From Octopus bimaculoides (lineage: Eukaryota), in contig NC_068991.1 in NCBI RefSeq assembly GCF_001194135.2, positions 54,102,140 through 54,166,139 on the forward strand: a stretch of 64,000 nt of DNA. Reading direction: 5' to 3'. Each line of letters starts with the position of its first letter. Position 1 is the first letter of the stretch. Below, piece after piece: positions 12,402-24,639 of the stretch. A model generated the notes under the pieces. It did no database searches, was not told where the DNA came from, and saw only the letters and a program-made list of their open reading frames with translations. A program made the translations under genes and the position numbers.

Positions 12402-12453
<52 letters not shown>

Positions 12454-12715
12454 NNNNNNNNNNNNNNNNNNNNNNNNNNNNNNNNNNNNNNNNNNNNNNN
12501 NNNNNNNNNNNNNNNNNNNNNNNNNNNNNNNNNNNNNNNNNNNNNNNNNNNNNNNNNNNNNNNNNNNNNNNNNNNNNNNNNNNNNNNNNNNNNNNNNNNN
12601 NNNNNNNNNNNNNNNNNNNNNNNNNNNNNNNNNTCTCTCTCTCTCTTCCTCTCTCTCTCTCTCTTCCTCTCTCTCTCTCTCTTCCTCTCTCTCTCTCTTC
12701 CTCTCTCTCTCTCTC
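12402..12715. repeat. (CA)n, assembly gap 12454-12633, then (CT)n with interspersed TTCC units
   Basis: Directly visible. Confidence 0.95.
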
Positions 12716-12782
12716 CCTTTTGCACATACATTCTCACTCATATCCATATATAAATATAGAAGCCATAAACTAGGAGACAGTC

Positions 12783-13025
12783 AGCAGACAGACCTGAAGC
12801 AGACTTGGAGTAGAGAGTGCATGTCATTGATGAGGTCATGAAAGGCAAAAAGGACTTCAACAACCCTAGCAGGTTGAATGATTGATTGACTAACAGAACA
12901 ATTAGTCATACGATTGATTAGTTTATTGGTTTGATGTTTAACCAACTGACTAATAATAATAAAATAATAAAAAGAAGTGAAATAGAACCAGGGTGTCTGT
13001 ATATTGGCATAATGACCCTTCCAAA
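12783..13025 (+). repeat. Unclassified old interspersed repeat (GACAGACCTGAAGC...TATTGGCATAATGACCCTCCCAA)
   Basis: Diverged homologues at 32993-33222 and 43335-43485. Confidence 0.6.
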
Positions 13026-13910
13026 TAAACAGATTTTCCCAGTATTTCATATGCTTCTGTCGCTTTTTTTATTCTTCAATAGTCTGTCCAATACAAAGGA
13101 AAGTTAGCTACAACTGGAGGCTAAGAACATTGACTTTTGCCAATGTGCTTAATAAACTCATTTAAGCATTTCATTATATTGTGTGATTTAATAAGTACTT
13201 CACCAATTCCATTGTTTCTATATTTCAAACTTACAGGCATAAAAATATCTTGGATATTATAGCAAAGTGGATCTTAAAGAACAACATATTCTTGCAACAT
13301 AATTTCAATAATCACTTCAAATTGGTTGCTTAAATTAATTATGATGTATGAATTATAACAGTAACATAATCCTACCTTCCAGCTTTAGCTGAATATTGAA
13401 GAATTTATGTTAGAATTTATATTACTAGTTTTGTCAGACATTCAAGTATGTTACCAAGTTGACTTGATACTAGAATGTTTTCCTCACAGAGATTTACCAA
13501 ATATTTCTCTAATTGACTGCCATACCTCAGTTCAGTTTACACTAATTTGATTAAAATTGTTTTAATTTTGTATTCCTGGAAGTGGAAATTAGAGAAATAC
13601 ATGTATTTGTTTGGTCAGGAAGAAAGGATGGTACCAATTGTCTTTAAAACTGTTGAGGCTGGTGAGGGTGGCATTCTTCTTCAACATTTGTAAGCCGAAA
13701 GACTGGACACTGTGGATAATGCAAAATCTTGGGTGGAGAGAAGTGGAGTGGGGTGAGGTAGGGTTAGACATAATATGGATGACTGGAAGAAGAGAGATTG
13801 GGAAGTCAGGAATATTCGATATGCAGAAGAGAAATAGAATTCCCTGTACTATAAACAGTACGAACAATACATGCATAGGAAATGCATCAGAATCACAGAC
13901 TAACCAATGT

Positions 13911-14046
13911 AGAAGTCTATGTCTGTCTGACTATATATATAGCTCGAAACGTCAAAGACTTTCCGTATTCCCGAGCGTCATACTAATATATACTTTTGTT
14001 ATTTACACCACCTGTCCTCGTCTGTTGTTATTTTTTGTATATTCTC

Positions 14047-14078
<32 letters not shown>
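13911..14078 (+). mobile_element. Penelope-LTR-like repeat with a partial hammerhead motif
   Basis: ctatatatatagctc-GAAACGTC-aaagactttcc, upstream aagtct complementary to agactt; ends in (TA)n. Confidence 0.5.
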
Positions 14079-14079
<1 letters not shown>

Positions 14080-15377
14080 TTTGCATTCCAGTTTCCAAAC
14101 TTCTTTTGCAATTCTCGTTATTTCTTTCTCTATTTATTTATCCTGTGATATTTCATTGTGGCTCCAAGACCAATGACAGTAGAAATGAAATAGAATAAAG
14201 TAGATAGAACAAGCAATTAAATCTTTGTTGCATATTAACACTTTTACTTGTTTTGGTCATTAGACTGCAACCATGCTGGGGTTGAACAATTTTCAGTTAA
14301 CTGAATCAACCCTAGTTTTTTTTGTTGTTGTTGTTTTGTTTAAAACCCCGGTCTCTTATTCTGAACTGCTAAGTTACAGGGGCTGAAAACACTCCAACAC
14401 TGTTTGTCATGCGATGGTGATACACACACACATACACAATAGGCTTCTTTCAGTTTCTGCCTACTGCATTAACTCACAGGGCTTTGGTCAGTCCGAGGCT
14501 GTAGTAGAAGACACTTGCCCAAGATGCCATACAGTGGAACTGAACCCTGAACCATGTGGTTGGGAAGCAAACTTCTTACCACACAGCCACGCCTGCACCT
14601 AGATCACAATTATATTTTAGTTTTGCTTTGATCGTTTCACTTGCTCTATTCATAGTTTGTGATGACATTTCAACCAACTTTTCAATGATTCTCTGTGACA
14701 TTTCCCCCAATTCTTGGCTAAATAATTCAACATACATGAAACAAGGGAATTATTTTACTCTTTAGTGAACATGAGGCGGTGCTCCAGCATGGCTGGAGTC
14801 AAATGACTGAAACAAGTGAAAGAATGAGTTGTTGTTTTACTATGGTCAACATCTGGAACTTTGTGTGATTGTGAATCAGTTAAATACTTCATATTTAATG
14901 CTCTTTTATTTTTACTTGTTTCAGTCGCTAGACTGTGGCCATGCTGGGGTACTGCCTTGAAGACTTTTTAGTCAAATGAATCACCACTAATACTATTTTT
15001 TTTTAAGCCTGGTACTTATTCTATTGGTCTCTTTTGCCAAATTGCTAAGTTACAGGAATGTAAACACTCCAACACTTGCTGTTAAGCAGTAGTGAACGTG
15101 CGCACACACACACACACACACACACACACNNNNNNNNNNNNNNNNNNNNNNNNNNNNNNNNNNNNNNNNNNNNNNNNNNNNNNNNNNNNNNNNNNNNNNN
15201 NNNNNNNNNNNNNNNNNNNNNNNNNNNNNNNNNNNNNNNNNNNNNNNNNNNNNNNNNNNNNNNNNNNNNNNNNNNNNNNNNNNNNNNNNNNNNNNNNNNN
15301 NNNNNNNNNNNCCTCTCACAAAGCTTTGGTTGGCTTTAGGCTATGGTAGAAGACACTCGCCCAAAATGTCAGGGGAT

Positions 15378-15640
15378 GGCAGGGGATGGTGGCGAACCCT
15401 GCTGTACTCTTTCACCACAACTTTCTCTCACTCTTCCTTCCTGTTTCTGTTGTGCCTGTAATTCAAAGGGTCAGCCTTGTCACACTCTGTGTCACGCTGA
15501 ATATCCCCGAGAACTACATTAAGGGTACACGTGTCTGTGGAGTGCTCAGCCACTTGCACGTTAATTTCACGAGCAGGCTGTTCCGTTGATCGGATCAACT
15601 GGAACCCTCGACGTCGTAAACGACGGAGTGTCAACAACAA
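15378..15640 (+). mobile_element. SINE body, headless; inverted partner of 16456-16836
   Basis: Near-identical pseudo-ORFs appear on opposite strands in the ORF track (15386 + and 16503 -). Confidence 0.85.
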
Positions 15641-16305
15641 CAAGTCATTCCTAATATGGGAATAGAAATTACTCTCTCAATATCTAGTGTTATTGCCTTC
15701 ACTGTTTAATCCTTTATCTTTTATCAGTCTTGAAGTATTTCGTTGAACAAATCAACCGAGTACTTTTTAAAAATTCTGGTACTCATTCTATCAGTCGCTT
15801 TTGCTGATCTATTAAGTTCTGAAGACACAAACAAACTAACACCAGTTGTCAAGCGGTGGGGGACAAACACACATGCTCCAGGCTTCAGGCTTCCATACTG
15901 TTTCCATCTACTAAATTTTACTCACAAGGCAAAAGACACACTAGATGCAACAACTGTAGGATCAAGCCATATGGCTGTGAAGTGAACTTCTAGATGCTCG
16001 GAACTTCCTCAGTATTACTAGACAAAATATCTGCAACTTTTGATCATATATTTTTTTTTAACTATGTATGAGATGGCATTCAAGAATATTTATTTCAATT
16101 TAGCTCTACGTATTTCTTGTTTCTTTAGTCTGTTACATCCATTATAGCCACTCCCACACTTTAGTCATGGTTGTGACATGTAGCAGTCAAATATTCAGTT
16201 AATTGGCATTTCTTGATGTATTTACATTGAGTATAATCTATGCTTCTTGCTTCAGATGCACATAATAAATTTTTATTCAGCCTACATAGCTAATTGCAAC
16301 ATCAG

Positions 16306-16308
<3 letters not shown>

Positions 16309-16347
<39 letters not shown>
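16309..16347. repeat. Poly-T run (~39 nt)
   Basis: Directly visible. Confidence 0.9.
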
Positions 16348-16455
16348 CGCTGTCATGTTCTTATCAACTCAATTTTTATCAGCATTAAAGAAATACAGCC
16401 TCTCTTTTTATGTGTGTATGTATCACTGTATTTGATTATTTTCTTCTCAGTCTGT

Positions 16456-16836
16456 TGTTGGCACTCCGTCGCTTACAACATCAAGGGTTCCAATTGATCC
16501 GATCAATGGAACAGCCTGCTCGTGAAATTAACATGCAAGTGGCTGAGCACTCCACAGACATGTGTACCCTTAACGTAGTTCTCGGGGATATTCAGCGTGA
16601 CACAGAGTGTGACAAAGCTGACCCTTTGAATTACAGGCACAACAGAAACAGGAAGTAAGAGTGAGAGAAAGTTGTGGTGAAAGAGTACAGCAGGATTCGC
16701 CACAATCCCCTGCCGGAGTCTCGTGGAGCTTTTAGGTGTTTTCGCTCAATAAACACAACGCCTGGTCTGGGAATCGAAACTGCGATCCTATGACCGCGAG
16801 TTCACTGCTCTAACCACTGGGCCATTGTGCCCCCAC
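16456..16836 (-). mobile_element. Full-length tRNA-derived SINE with 11-bp TSD
   Basis: TSD tctcagtctgt at 16445-16455 and 16837-16847; A box TGGCCCAGTGG and B box GTTTCGATTCC on the minus strand. Confidence 0.88.
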
Positions 16837-17323
16837 TCTCAGTCTGTACATTTCTTAAAAGCACAATATTTTGGTGCTTTGTGGGTCTTCTATAAAGATA
16901 GATTCACTTGTTAGCATGATTTCTGCTCCCACTTTTTATTGGGAATGTTTTTCAATTCCTTCCTTCCCCAACATTGCTGTTGATTAACCCCTGTTCAGGT
17001 TTGACAGAGTACACTTATGATCAAAGGCATTCTATCCATAGCCATACCATCTGTTAAGGTGTAAGTGTATTAAGGGCTATGTCATCTACTACCTAATGTG
17101 TTCTTTAAAGATTGGTAAAATGATACAAAAGTTGATTCAATTAAATAGATTCTCATCTTTCAAAGTTGGTTTCAGTCTAAGAAGTATAAGGAAGAAAGCT
17201 GTTTATATGTCCACAGTCTCAATGTTTATTACCTCAATTTTCTGAAAATGTACCATTATAATATTTAAGCTATTATTTTCTTTGTTTTGAAGCAATTATG
17301 AATTGGAACAAATTCTATTTCAG

Positions 17324-17392
17324 GAAATTGAAGCAGATAAAAGACAAGCAGAAAAGATGGTCAAACCAACATCCCCAAAGAAAGAAATCAAG
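17324..17392 (+). CDS. CCDC9: CCDC9-like exon (EIEADKRQAEKMVKPTSPKKEIK)
   Basis: tttcag acceptor, AAG|gtcagc donor, 69 nt, phase 0-0. EIEADKRQAE aligns with human EIEEDRKKAE. Confidence 0.88.
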
Positions 17393-17497
17393 GTCAGCTA
17401 GCATTTTCATTTTTTTAAAGGACTTTTAAAACCTAATTTATATAAAACTGACTTCTAAATCACATATTTAGTGTTAGGAATATGATTACTGTATTTA

Positions 17498-17712
17498 AGG
17501 TGGCATGCTGGCAGAATCATTAGCAGGCCAGGCAAAATACTTAGTGGCATTTTGTCTGTCTTTACATTCTGGGTTCAAATTCTGTCCAAGTCAACTTTGG
17601 CTTTCATCTTTTTGGGATTGGTAAAATAAGTATCTGTTATGCACTGGGGTCCATGTAATCAACTTACAGCCTCCCTCGAATTTGCTGGCCTTGTGCCAAA
17701 ATTTGAAACTGA
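17498..17712 (+). mobile_element. tRNA-derived SINE of the 10256 family
   Basis: Same head and core; other copies at ~21215-21400, 31690-31905 and 40467-40690. Confidence 0.8.
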
Positions 17713-17718
17713 TATTAT

Positions 17719-18103
17719 CACTGTATTTGATGGCATATAAAACACACTTTTATTTTCAAAAGAATGTTTCAAAAAGAATCATCCTGGGTTCTCTATGCAA
17801 AATTGGACTTCCCATAAGCTAATTCTGTCCCTGGTTCTCACTGCTATTGGGTAATTTTAATCCAGATGGTTAAATCTGCATAGCCTAACTTAATAATACA
17901 TTTAACTGTACTGTTTACTTTTTATAGCCAATAATCTTTTCTGCTATAGCTAAGGCTCCTTTGTAATATTTTGTAATGTACTGCTTGATTACCTTAAATA
18001 TTACATGCTTTAATACACTAAAATCTTTTTCCCTGAATATGTGCTACTAAAATTGGAGTGCATCTAATATGCTCATGTGTCTTTTATGCCACCAAATACA
18101 GTA
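17719..18103. mobile_element. pogo-like TA MITE, second copy
   Basis: TIRs cactgtatttgatggcatataaaacacac and gtgtcttttatgccaccaaatacagta. Confidence 0.7.
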
Positions 18104-18347
18104 ATTTTCTGTTAAACATATTTTGTTATCTGTCCAGTGTTGCTATTTTAAAAATGCTATGACTATCTTAACCATGAACTGTGTGAAGTTTTTGAGTTTA
18201 TTGGTTTAATTCTGTCTCCATATAAATTCTTATACTAGAGAGAACAAAGAAATTACTCAAGGAAAAGTATATTGGTATTTTATAAAGGTATTGTTTTATA
18301 TAATCATATGTAGTGTATATAAAATGTTAAATTTATTTTTATTTCAG

Positions 18348-18437
18348 AGTGTGGATTTCAAACCTGTGAAAAAGGAAGAATTTCATCGCCATTCTGGCTC
18401 TGACTTTGATTATCTAAAATTACGGACTGACATGGAG
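18348..18437 (+). CDS. CCDC9: CCDC9-like exon (SVDFKPVKKEEFHRHSGSDFDYLKLRTDME)
   Basis: tttcag acceptor, GAG|gtgaat donor, 90 nt, phase 0-0, open frame. Confidence 0.8.
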
Positions 18438-18589
18438 GTGAATATATTTTTGTTTGTTTTCATGACAAAAATATGCAATAGGAATATATTCTAGTCAATG
18501 ACAGTTATTAAATACTGTTGTCATTGACAAAATTGCAGGCAAAACACAAATGAATATTTTTATTTCTTCTTTTATTCTGTCCTGCTCTT

Positions 18590-19051
18590 TAACTGTGAGA
18601 CTGGGACACTGTCCAGGGCCTTCAGGAGCTGCCTGAACTTCTTTGGTACCAGGGTGCTACGCAGAATTATAGGTTACCTTTGGTCAGATTTCATATCCAT
18701 CCAACAACTCTACTCGGAAACTTGGATGCGTCCTGTTACTTGTATGATGCTGGAGTGCCAGCTCAGGTTGTTTGGCCATGTTACTCTACTATCCGAATTA
18801 GACCTTGCTTACCATGTCCTCTTCACTGAGGATTTTGCTGGGTTGATATCTTATGTGGGTCAACCACATACCACATGGTCACAGTAGATGAAAAGGTATC
18901 TTGCGAAGATGGGGACTGACTGGGACTCTGCTTAATGGGTCACCTGGGAGAACCATTACAAGACATGAAAGAGACTTGGGAATATACCAACAAATGGTGA
19001 ATGCAGCAACACGCTGTAATGGCACAAGCCCCCACCTCTGACCTGACCTGA
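18590..19051 (+). mobile_element. 5'-truncated RTE-type LINE 3' end with (CCTGA)n tail
   Basis: ORF LRRIIGYLWSDF...QLRLFGHV...GQPHTTW resembles an RTE C-terminus; terminal ctgacctgacctga. Confidence 0.75.
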
Positions 19052-20052
19052 TCTTTTATTATGTAGAGGAAGTGAGGAAATGTTTCGATAATGCCATGCC
19101 TGAAGGTAAACATCTTTCTTCTATGATAAGAGGAATTTGGGAAGGGTAAGTTGAGGTATTAGGAACAACTGTGTAAATAAGAATGAGTCATCCCAATGAA
19201 AGCAAGTATAGAAATAGTGGACAACTTATTAACATCCATTTTCCATGCTGGCCTGGGTTGGACAGTTTGACAGGAGCTGGCAAGCCAAAGGACTGCACCA
19301 AACACCAGTGTCTGCACCAAGCACCAGTGTCTGCTTTTGGCATGGTTTCTATGGCTGTATGCCCTTCCTAATGCCAACTACTTTACAGAGTGTACAGGGT
19401 GCTTTTTATGTGGCATGACCTCTTAATTGAGGGGTTGTCATATAGAGGGAGTTGGCTTATGCCAGGTGACAAGGGGTTAAACTATGATAGAAAGAGAGAG
19501 AGAGATAAGTACAGGTGTCTTGTTGTAGGAGAGATACATGGTTTCTCCAGTTGGAAAAGAAAGAAAATGGAGGTGAAGATGTGTCAGGGCTTATACTTAA
19601 GTTACAGGAAGGTGAATGTAAGAAAAGTAGTGAAAGAGGATGGTGGTGAAGATGTCTCAGGGCATAATGAAAATAATTCATACTAAATGCAATGCTTTAT
19701 ACAGATGCAAAGTGCAATATTAAAATAGCAATTAATGCAAAGCATAACATCTCATCATCATTTTAACATCCATTTTTCCATACTCATTTGGCTCAAGACA
19801 AAATTGATTGAGGCAGATTTTCAAGGGCCAGATGCCCTTCTTGTCATCAATCCTCACTTGTTTGCAAAGAAGGTAGTATTTCACCACTGGCTGGACATCA
19901 TCATCATTTAGTGCCTGCTTTCCCTGCTAGCATGGGTTAGATGGCTTGACTGAAACTGGTAAACTGGAGAGCTGCAGCAAGTTCCAGTCTGATTTGGCAT
20001 GGTATCTATGGCTGGATGCCCTTCCTAATGCCAACCACTCCAAGAGTGTAAT

Positions 20053-20152
20053 NNNNNNNNNNNNNNNNNNNNNNNNNNNNNNNNNNNNNNNNNNNNNNNN
20101 NNNNNNNNNNNNNNNNNNNNNNNNNNNNNNNNNNNNNNNNNNNNNNNNNNNN
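20053..20152. other. Assembly gap (100 N, probably of unknown size); other gaps at 2299-2788, 12454-12633 and 15130-15311
   Basis: N runs. Confidence 0.99.
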
Positions 20153-20965
20153 CTGCAGAAATTGACGAAATTCGCCTACCTACGTTGTTCCTTTGATTGA
20201 ATTTACTAGAACCCTTGTCATTGTAACTGACAGAGTGTCAGCATTGAATAATATACATGTATTTGAGTTTAGTCCGGTGTTGGGCTGTTTCTAAAACTTG
20301 ATTGTTTTTTTTTTTTAGTGATGATTTGTACCTTTTAAAAATTTATTTAATGGTTTGGTTTTCTTAAGAGATAGCTTCAGTTAACTCTGCTGGAGTAAAG
20401 CCTATTAATGGTAATAGTAATCAATTTTCGTGTAGACAATTAACCTGAGATCAAGAACACAAAGCAAGATATTAATTTTGTAATCTGCATAATGACAAAT
20501 GTTAATCAATATGCTTCATTGTGTGAAGGAATAGAGCAATGAAAGCAGATTTCATACACTTTGGCCATGAGTCATGTTCCAGGAGATCTTAGTTGTGATT
20601 GCAGTAAAATTCATGGAGATTTTTATTGGTAATGTTTTGAAATAATATACTGAAGAAGTTGTGAATTTAGCCCAGAAACTAAACTAAGTTTTAAACAGTG
20701 GTTGATGTTTTGTATTTAATCTTGGTGAGCTGGCAGAATTGCGAGCATGATCTTGTATCTTTTACTTGTTTCAGTCCTGAGTCTGCAGCCATGCTGGGGC
20801 ACTGCCTTGAAGAATTTTTAGTCAAATGGTTCAACGCCCCCAGTACTTTTTTTTTTTAAACCTGGTACTTATGCTGTCATTCTCTATTGCCAAACCACTA
20901 AGTTATGGGGACGAAAACACACCAACACCAGTTGTTACAGACACAAAGACACATATGTATGTATG

Positions 20966-20971
<6 letters not shown>

Positions 20972-21052
<81 letters not shown>
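20972..21052. repeat. (TA)n microsatellite inside a composite SINE
   Basis: Directly visible, ~40 units. Confidence 0.95.
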
Positions 21053-21057
<5 letters not shown>

Positions 21058-21464
21058 GCTTCTATCAGTTTCTGTCTACCAAATCCACTCAGAAGGGCTT
21101 TGGTTGGCCCAAAGCTACAATAGAAGATATTTGGCCATGGTGCCACACATTGGAACTGAACCCAGAACATGTGGTTTGGAAGCAAGCTTCTTAGCACACC
21201 ACCATGCCTGATGGCCAAAATACTTAGTGGCATTTCTTCCAGCTCTTAACATTCTGTGTTAAAAGCTTCCCTAGATCAGCTTTGCCATTCATTGTTTTGG
21301 GGTGGATAAAATAAAGTACCAGTCATGCACTGAGACTGATGTAATCAACAGAACCCTCTCTCACTAACATTGCTGGCTTTATGTCGAAATTTGAAAGAAT
21401 GTTGGTTTTGTGAAAATGTTTTTTGCTTATTGAATCTAGGGTTGTATATACTCTTTGTTATATA

Positions 21465-21841
21465 TGAAGGCTTGTGGCCTATTGGCTAGGGTGTTGCACT
21501 CATGAGTGTCAAATCATGGGCTTGATTTCTGGACTGGGCAGCATGTTGTGTTCTTGAGCAAAACACTTCATTTCACATTACTCTAGTGCTGTGTGGGGGA
21601 CTGGCATGTCAAAGAATAGACCCCACATTTCCTCTGCATGTCGTAAACGGCAACTAAAAGAGGTTGAGCTAGGATTTGCACTCCGACCTCATAAAGCCCT
21701 CGCCAACAATGACTACCCAAAGAGACCCATGGGTTGGAGTGTAGTCACCTGAGTGGCAGAAAGGTGTCATCCATCAGGAGTAGTAGGGAATAACCAACAA
21801 ATGGTGAGTGCAGCGACATATTGTTACAGTGTATACCTCCA

Positions 21842-21876
<35 letters not shown>
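21465..21876 (+). mobile_element. tRNA/CORE-like SINE with an RTE-derived tail and (TAC)n end
   Basis: Head and TTGTGTTCTTGAGCAAAACACTT core; tail gggaataaccaacaaatggtgagtgcagcgaca is shared with 18978-19012. Confidence 0.65.
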
Positions 21877-22055
21877 TATGTAGGGTTTATCTACTCTTTA
21901 TTGTTTTTTTTAAATTTTATAAAGGGGTTTCTCTAAGTATAAATAGTACTATTTATACTTATAAATAGTATTATTTCAGTTTAGTGTTATTATTTATTAA
22001 TTTATTAATTTATTTTGTATTTTTTCCTTGTTATTTTCTTTTTCATTTTGTTTAG

Positions 22056-22109
22056 ATGACCCCTACTGTTGACAGCTTGATATTACCAGATTTGAAGTTT
22101 TATTCCAAA
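22056..22109 (+). CDS. CCDC9: Candidate cassette exon of the CCDC9-like gene (MTPTVDSLILPDLKFYSK)
   Basis: Very strong T-rich tract ending tttag; 54 nt, phase 0-0, open; weaker donor AAA|gtatat; no homology support. Confidence 0.4.
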
Positions 22110-23056
22110 GTATATATTTTTTTAATGGATTGAAGCATTCTTTTTTTTTTTTTTTCCTTTTAATCTTTTATCTTTATTTGAAACTTTAAACTGCTAACCT
22201 TCACAATTGCTATAGCTGCCCACTGTTTTGCTTTTTTTGATTCTCTAAAACTTCTTAAAAATACATTTTCATTTATATATCAGTAACCAAACACCGGGAG
22301 CAGGTGTTAGTTTTAAATCTCTGTTCCAGTTATTCCTCGTCTTTTATACAAAGTATCTCTTCATCCCTACATACTCAGTAAAGTGTTATGTTTTCTCAAT
22401 ACTGGTCATAAGCACTTTGTACTGATCTTAATGTATGCCACACAAATATAAGAGATGATGAAAAAGAAGGGCTCATACAAAAGGGATTAGATTATATTGG
22501 AATTTTAACTCCTTAACCATGACTTCAAACATTTCCCTTTCTGTCTTGGTATACCTAGACATTTATTTTAATATATGATGCTGTAGCCTCTGTACAAGTT
22601 TCATGCAGTGTTGTGCTTAGCTTCAGTTTTTGATTGCAAGAAAACTGTCCAACAAAATAATTTTTCATTTTTTTTTAAAGATTAGGATAATTAAAAGAAT
22701 GTAGGAAGCAAGTTTCAGCTAACAGAAGTAAAATGACATGTTCCATGGAGCAGGGGTAGTTTATTGCATGAATGAATGGTTTACATTAGGGTTCCATACA
22801 AAGGGAGGATAGTATATTTTGAGAATGTGTGGTTTGAATTAAGGTTTCTTAAGGCTATATTTTTGTGGTTAAAAAACTTCATAGTGTGTTGAGTTTAGTG
22901 TTTATTGAGAAGAAACTGTATGAAACAAAAGGCTAAGTGTTATCAGTGTGTTTGATTGGAGGTGGAGTACATTTGTAAATTGTGTAAATCATCTTTGAGC
23001 AATCAAGGAGAGGCAAAGAAAAATGAAGAACACCAATGAACCAAAAGTTGAAAAAA

Positions 23057-23129
23057 ATCCAGTAAAGCTTGAATAAGAAAAAAATCCAGTAAAGCTTGAA
23101 TAAGATAAGATCCAGTAAAGCTTGAATAA
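23057..23129 (+). repeat. Three direct copies of the 20-bp unit atccagtaaagcttgaataa
   Basis: Starts at 23057, 23084 and 23110, with A-rich spacers. Confidence 0.9.
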
Positions 23130-23289
23130 AATGGCTCAAGTTGCAGCAAATGTGAGATAAATACTCCATTGTGAGTCCTATTAGAATGTTTTAGACTCTG
23201 AAATGCTGTTTCTGGCATAAGTAATCCTTAGTTATCAAAATATTTGATTTGTAGTGATGTGATTGAAAAAGATAAGTGATTTGAGTAGT

Positions 23290-23930
23290 TATGTTAGTTG
23301 TAGATAAACTTTATCCATCCTTCATTCTTAATACTGTCCCTCTCCACTCATATTTTACATTGACCACCTTTCTGTACCACCAAATTTTCTCTCTTTCTCT
23401 ACCACCATACATCTTCCACTCTCTCCATGTACTACACCTTCCTTTCCCCTTACGCTCTTGCCATCTAACCAACCACATATCATGTCGCTTTCTCGCATCT
23501 TTCCTCTGTCTACTGTATCATTATTATCATCCTGTTGATCTTCACCCCTTTCTGTACTGTTTGTCATCTCCTACTCACCCTTACCTCCCCCAGCTTATAT
23601 GTATCATTGATCACCCTTTTCCTCTCCTTACTACCTCCATCTCTCAACCATATCCAGTCTTTACAATCATCACCTATTCCTCCCTCCAACTATATTCATT
23701 ATCTCTCAACACTTGTTTTTCATTCATTGTATTTGCTCCCATTCCCCATCACTCACTATCTCTCACTCTTGCCATACATTATTGCAACCTCTATCTATCC
23801 AACACACCCCCTGTTCTTCTGTACCCTCTGACTTCTACTCACCCTGACACTTCATCACCACTATTTTATCTCTTTTTCCAGCTCCATTCCAATTACTCCC
23901 ACTCTTGTATACTTTGAGTTCTCATGTAGC
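23290..23930. repeat. C/T-rich, strand-asymmetric low-complexity tract
   Basis: G-depleted on the + strand, which explains the spurious 208-aa ORF. Confidence 0.7.
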
Positions 23931-24639
23931 TCCACTACAGCAGGAAATCTTTTCTGTTCCCTTCTCTCATAATTTAACACCTCATTTCCTAGTATAAAGC
24001 CCCCTCCTTCTCCACTATAGTCAAGCTCAGTCAAAGGGGGGTCTTAGTCTTGCAACCTGCATGGTGACCTCACTTGTGCTGGTGCCATGAAAAAAATAGC
24101 AACCAGCACACTGTAAAGTGGTTGGTGTTAGATGGGGTATCAAACCATAGAAACTATGCCAAAACTGACATTCAAACTCAATGCAGACTTCGGTCCTGCT
24201 TGATCCTGTCAAAGTATCCAATCCATGCCAGCATGAAGGAAGGTTTTTAAAAGATGACAACAATGATGATGATGATGGGTACAGAATAATGAGTTATTTT
24301 GTATGTATGAGTACAGAGTTAGTGATAAATTACTTTTACAGTTAACTCAGTTTTCCAATTGATTATTTTCTTATTTCGTAAGCTTTTAACTATTGTATAA
24401 TGTTTATTAACCTGTTTTCAAGCCTTACAACTTTTCTGCTTCTGAATGACTTGGTTATTTTTTTGTACTTGCAATTTTAGTTGGTGCAGTTTAGTATCCC
24501 CTCCAATCGCCCACCCTACACATTGATAAGAGTTACTAAATAGGGAACAATCTTCAATAGATTGATGGGGATTCTCTTCTTTGTTTAACTGTCTGAAATA
24601 GTGTTATTTGGGTGGGCTTACCTGCTGTTAGAGCAGTAG

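Noticed and set aside
12281-12841. Long ORFs over microsatellites and N gaps (also 2259, 2267, 15050-15349, 20826-21233, 29129-29505, 57231)
   Set aside because: The frames are open only because of dinucleotide repeats or Ns.
13589-13900. 95-aa and 155-aa ORFs; possible CR1/L2 3' remnant
   Set aside because: Only a weak TSLNSFK resemblance; insufficient for a call.
23057-23129. CRISPR-like spaced direct repeats
   Set aside because: Only three 20-bp units with 6-7 nt A-rich spacers, a eukaryotic context and no cas genes; this is a simple local duplication.
23291-23917. 208-aa ORF
   Set aside because: An artefact of a G-poor C/T-rich tract that lacks stop codons; no domain and no splice support.
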